This document shows positions 63,351 through 64,000 of a stretch of DNA of 64,000 bases, one piece after another; position 1 is the stretch's first letter, and every line of letters starts with the position of its first letter. Below the pieces are notes generated by a model, which was not told the DNA's origin, searched no databases, and saw only the letters and a list, made by a program, of their open reading frames with translations. The position numbers were made by a program, and so were the translations under genes. This DNA comes from Epiperipatus broadwayi (taxonomy: Eukaryota; Animalia; Onychophora): assembly GCA_028023455.1 (NCBI GenBank), contig JAQFVV010000003.1, forward strand, positions 26,908,001 to 26,972,000, given 5' to 3'.

Positions 63351-64000
63351 ATGAAGAGTTTTACCTCAGTGTAATATTCTTTTACTTGGGGTGAGAACAC
63401 TATCTTAGATTTCTTTTTTAATAGACTTATAAGTTGCCTATGGAAAGCCCATAATAATCCAAGTTTTCAGGGACTAATAAATTACCTTCAATTTTTTTTG
63501 ATACATCTTCTAATTTTTTGGGTGGAATGATCAGAGCATCTTTAAATAGGATGAACACTTTAATCAGTAAAATTGATATTAGAAATTTTTTTTAACTAAA
63601 TTATAAAAATAATGAAAATCATGACCTGAATATCCTCAAGAGATAAATAAGATCAATACTTTAATCAGTAAAATTGTTATTAACAAAACTTTTTAAACTA
63701 AATTAAAAAGTAATAGAACTTATGGATTGAATGTCTTCCAGAGAATAAAACTTCTCCAAATCTACATCATATTATTATAATCATTTTTTGCTTGTTTTTG
63801 TCACCCACATATCAACAGCGGGTTAATTCGAATCTTTACTTTCCAACTAATAATAGCTAAACACTCATTTACTGATCAATACTGGATATGTCAACTATTA
63901 AGATTTTTTTAAAAATATTACTTACTATAAAATATATAAAGCTTTATCATAAAATATAATTTACTGTTTTATTTATTAAGATTCATATTTTTATAGTACT

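Overview
This is very AT-rich, CpG-depleted eukaryotic DNA, most likely from an invertebrate such as an arthropod (inference). I can identify only one host protein-coding gene, a ninjurin (main exon 8059-8472, +). The rest is mostly transposon debris: a decayed Mag-like Ty3/Gypsy LTR element with LTRs and a TSD (45008-49901), a decayed LINE with an esterase ORF1 (about 54988-59700, -), RTE-like LINE fragments, and hAT and other MITEs. The main finding is a dense set of type I minimal hammerhead ribozyme (HHR) motifs. (1) A non-coding repeat family with a monomer of about 450 nt occurs at five loci (29.5, 36.6, 37.3, 40.5 and 60.3 kb). It carries 9 HHR copies; 41272-41313 has an intact core and an intact stem I. 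Four of the five loci are head-to-head inverted pairs, and three have 9-13 bp candidate target-site duplications. This fits a retrozyme-like, non-autonomous retroelement. (2) Two inverted Penelope-like (PLE) GIY-YIG fragments have HHR-like tails (15.3-16.7 and 23.5-24.5 kb). (3) Several small fold-backs that look like MITEs also carry HHR cores (6.9, 31.3 and 38.0 kb; weaker cases at 19.7, 20.7 and 25.0 kb). All structures were read and folded by eye; no database searches or folding computations were run. Most ORFs in the supplied track appear spurious or are TE fragments.
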